From Desulfomonilia bacterium (lineage in GTDB: Bacteria > Desulfobacterota > Desulfomonilia > UBA1062): a DNA stretch of 64,000 nt. The notes beneath the pieces were generated by a model that was given only the letters and a program-made list of their open reading frames with translations, was not told where the DNA came from and did not search any database. Each line of letters begins with the position of its first letter. Positions within the stretch are counted from its first letter, which is position 1. Made by a program: the position numbers and the translations under genes. The stretch spans positions 320,001 to 384,000 of the forward strand of contig CAXXDQ010000007.1 in assembly GCA_963664325.2 (NCBI GenBank). The letters run 5' to 3'. Shown here in pieces: positions 63,192-64,000 of this stretch.

Positions 63192-63809
63192 ATGAAAGGC
63201 GGCAAACTGCTGAACCCGCGAAAAAAGCCTGCCCAGCCGCGGTCGATAAATACATGTGAGGCAATACTCGAGGCGTCTGCTCAGGTTTTCACAGGCCTGG
63301 GTTACGTCAGGACCACCACCAACCGCATTGCCGAGCGCGCCGGAGTCTCAATAGGCTCGCTTTACCAGTATTTTCCGAACAAGGACGCAATACTGGTGGC
63401 CCTGCTCGAAAGGCACATGGCGTCCGGACCCGAAATACTGTCCGGAAAGATCCGTCCGGGAATGAGCCTCAAGGAAATCATAACCGTTGCCATCGAGACG
63501 GCTATCGAGGTAAACGAGCGCGATCCCGAACTCCACAAAATACTTGACGAAGACGTCCTCTACCCGCCGCACATACAGAAGATTATCCGCTCGAACGAGA
63601 AGCTGTATTCAAAGACGATCGAAGAAAGGATGACTGCTGAATACCCCGGAAAATATGAAAACCCGGCCCTCTCTTCAGAACTGGTTGTCTTCGTGATCAA
63701 GATGTCCTGCCACTGGCTCATCATGGAAAGGCGCGACGAATTCGACAAAGGCGCATTCATCGGCGAACTGAACCGCATGATCTGTTCTTATCTGGGGATT
63801 GATTATTGA
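63192..63809 (+). CDS. TetR/AcrR family transcriptional regulator
   Basis: PRK.P.Q.RS...TTNRIAERAGVSIGSLYQYFPNKDA. Confidence 0.95.
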   Translation: MKGGKLLNPRKKPAQPRSINTCEAILEASAQVFTGLGYVRTTTNRIAERAGVSIGSLYQYFPNKDAILVALLERHMASGPEILSGKIRPGMSLKEIITVAIETAIEVNERDPELHKILDEDVLYPPHIQKIIRSNEKLYSKTIEERMTAEYPGKYENPALSSELVVFVIKMSCHWLIMERRDEFDKGAFIGELNRMICSYLGIDY

Positions 63810-63893
63810 ACCGTCGGATGCTGTCATAATATCATCAGCATCCCTTCGAGGCTCCATTCTTGCACTAATCATCTTTCTATAGCTGGACAACAA

Positions 63894-63958
63894 TTAATCA
63901 TATTTTCATGAGCGTCCCTGAGTTGTCCCTATTTTCATGAGCGTCCCTGAGTTGTCCC
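63894..63958. repeat. dispersed repeat copy with perfect 29-bp tandem duplication
   Basis: TATTTTCATGAGCGTCCCTGAGTTGTCCC occurs twice (63901-63929 and 63930-63958); related to 23430-23459. Confidence 0.85.
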
Positions 63959-64000
63959 GAAGCGTTTTTTAGCTAGAGCTGCCTGTATTTTGAAGCAAAT

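Noticed and set aside
63901-63958. 29-bp direct repeat as a CRISPR array
   Set aside because: Only two copies, directly adjacent with no spacer, and no cas genes.

Overview
64 kb of bacterial chromosome, most likely from an anaerobic deltaproteobacterium-like organism (inferred from hcp with an HcpR-type box, EtfAB, a two-subunit Fe-S fumarase, a corrinoid/MT2 pair and many lipid-catabolic genes). Housekeeping and metabolic genes (hcp, leuB, ligA, hfq, acyP, miaB, etfBA, tRNA-Val(CAC), an amino-acid ABC transporter) alternate with two accessory zones. The first (about 23.4-26.2 kb) is an integrase-less integron cassette cluster with two well-formed attC sites. They bracket a GC-rich cassette encoding a DUF4062 + TIR + unknown C-terminal domain protein. 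This is the best candidate for an undescribed single-gene anti-phage system. Gene-less GTT...AAC mini-hairpins lie upstream of it, and a truncated small gene lies downstream. The second zone (about 49.9-63.1 kb) is a run of small, mostly co-oriented cassette-like genes with at least three damaged genes. Other notable items: a TPR-fused amino-acid permease co-encoded with a lipoprotein M20 hydrolase, an Lva/ACAD10-11-like kinase-dehydrogenase-SDR-phosphatase cluster, an Hfq with an altered distal face, etfA ending inside an antisense tRNA, and two families of dispersed short repeats. No CRISPR array, rRNA, integrase or transposase was seen. All calls come from motif recognition by eye; no searches were run.
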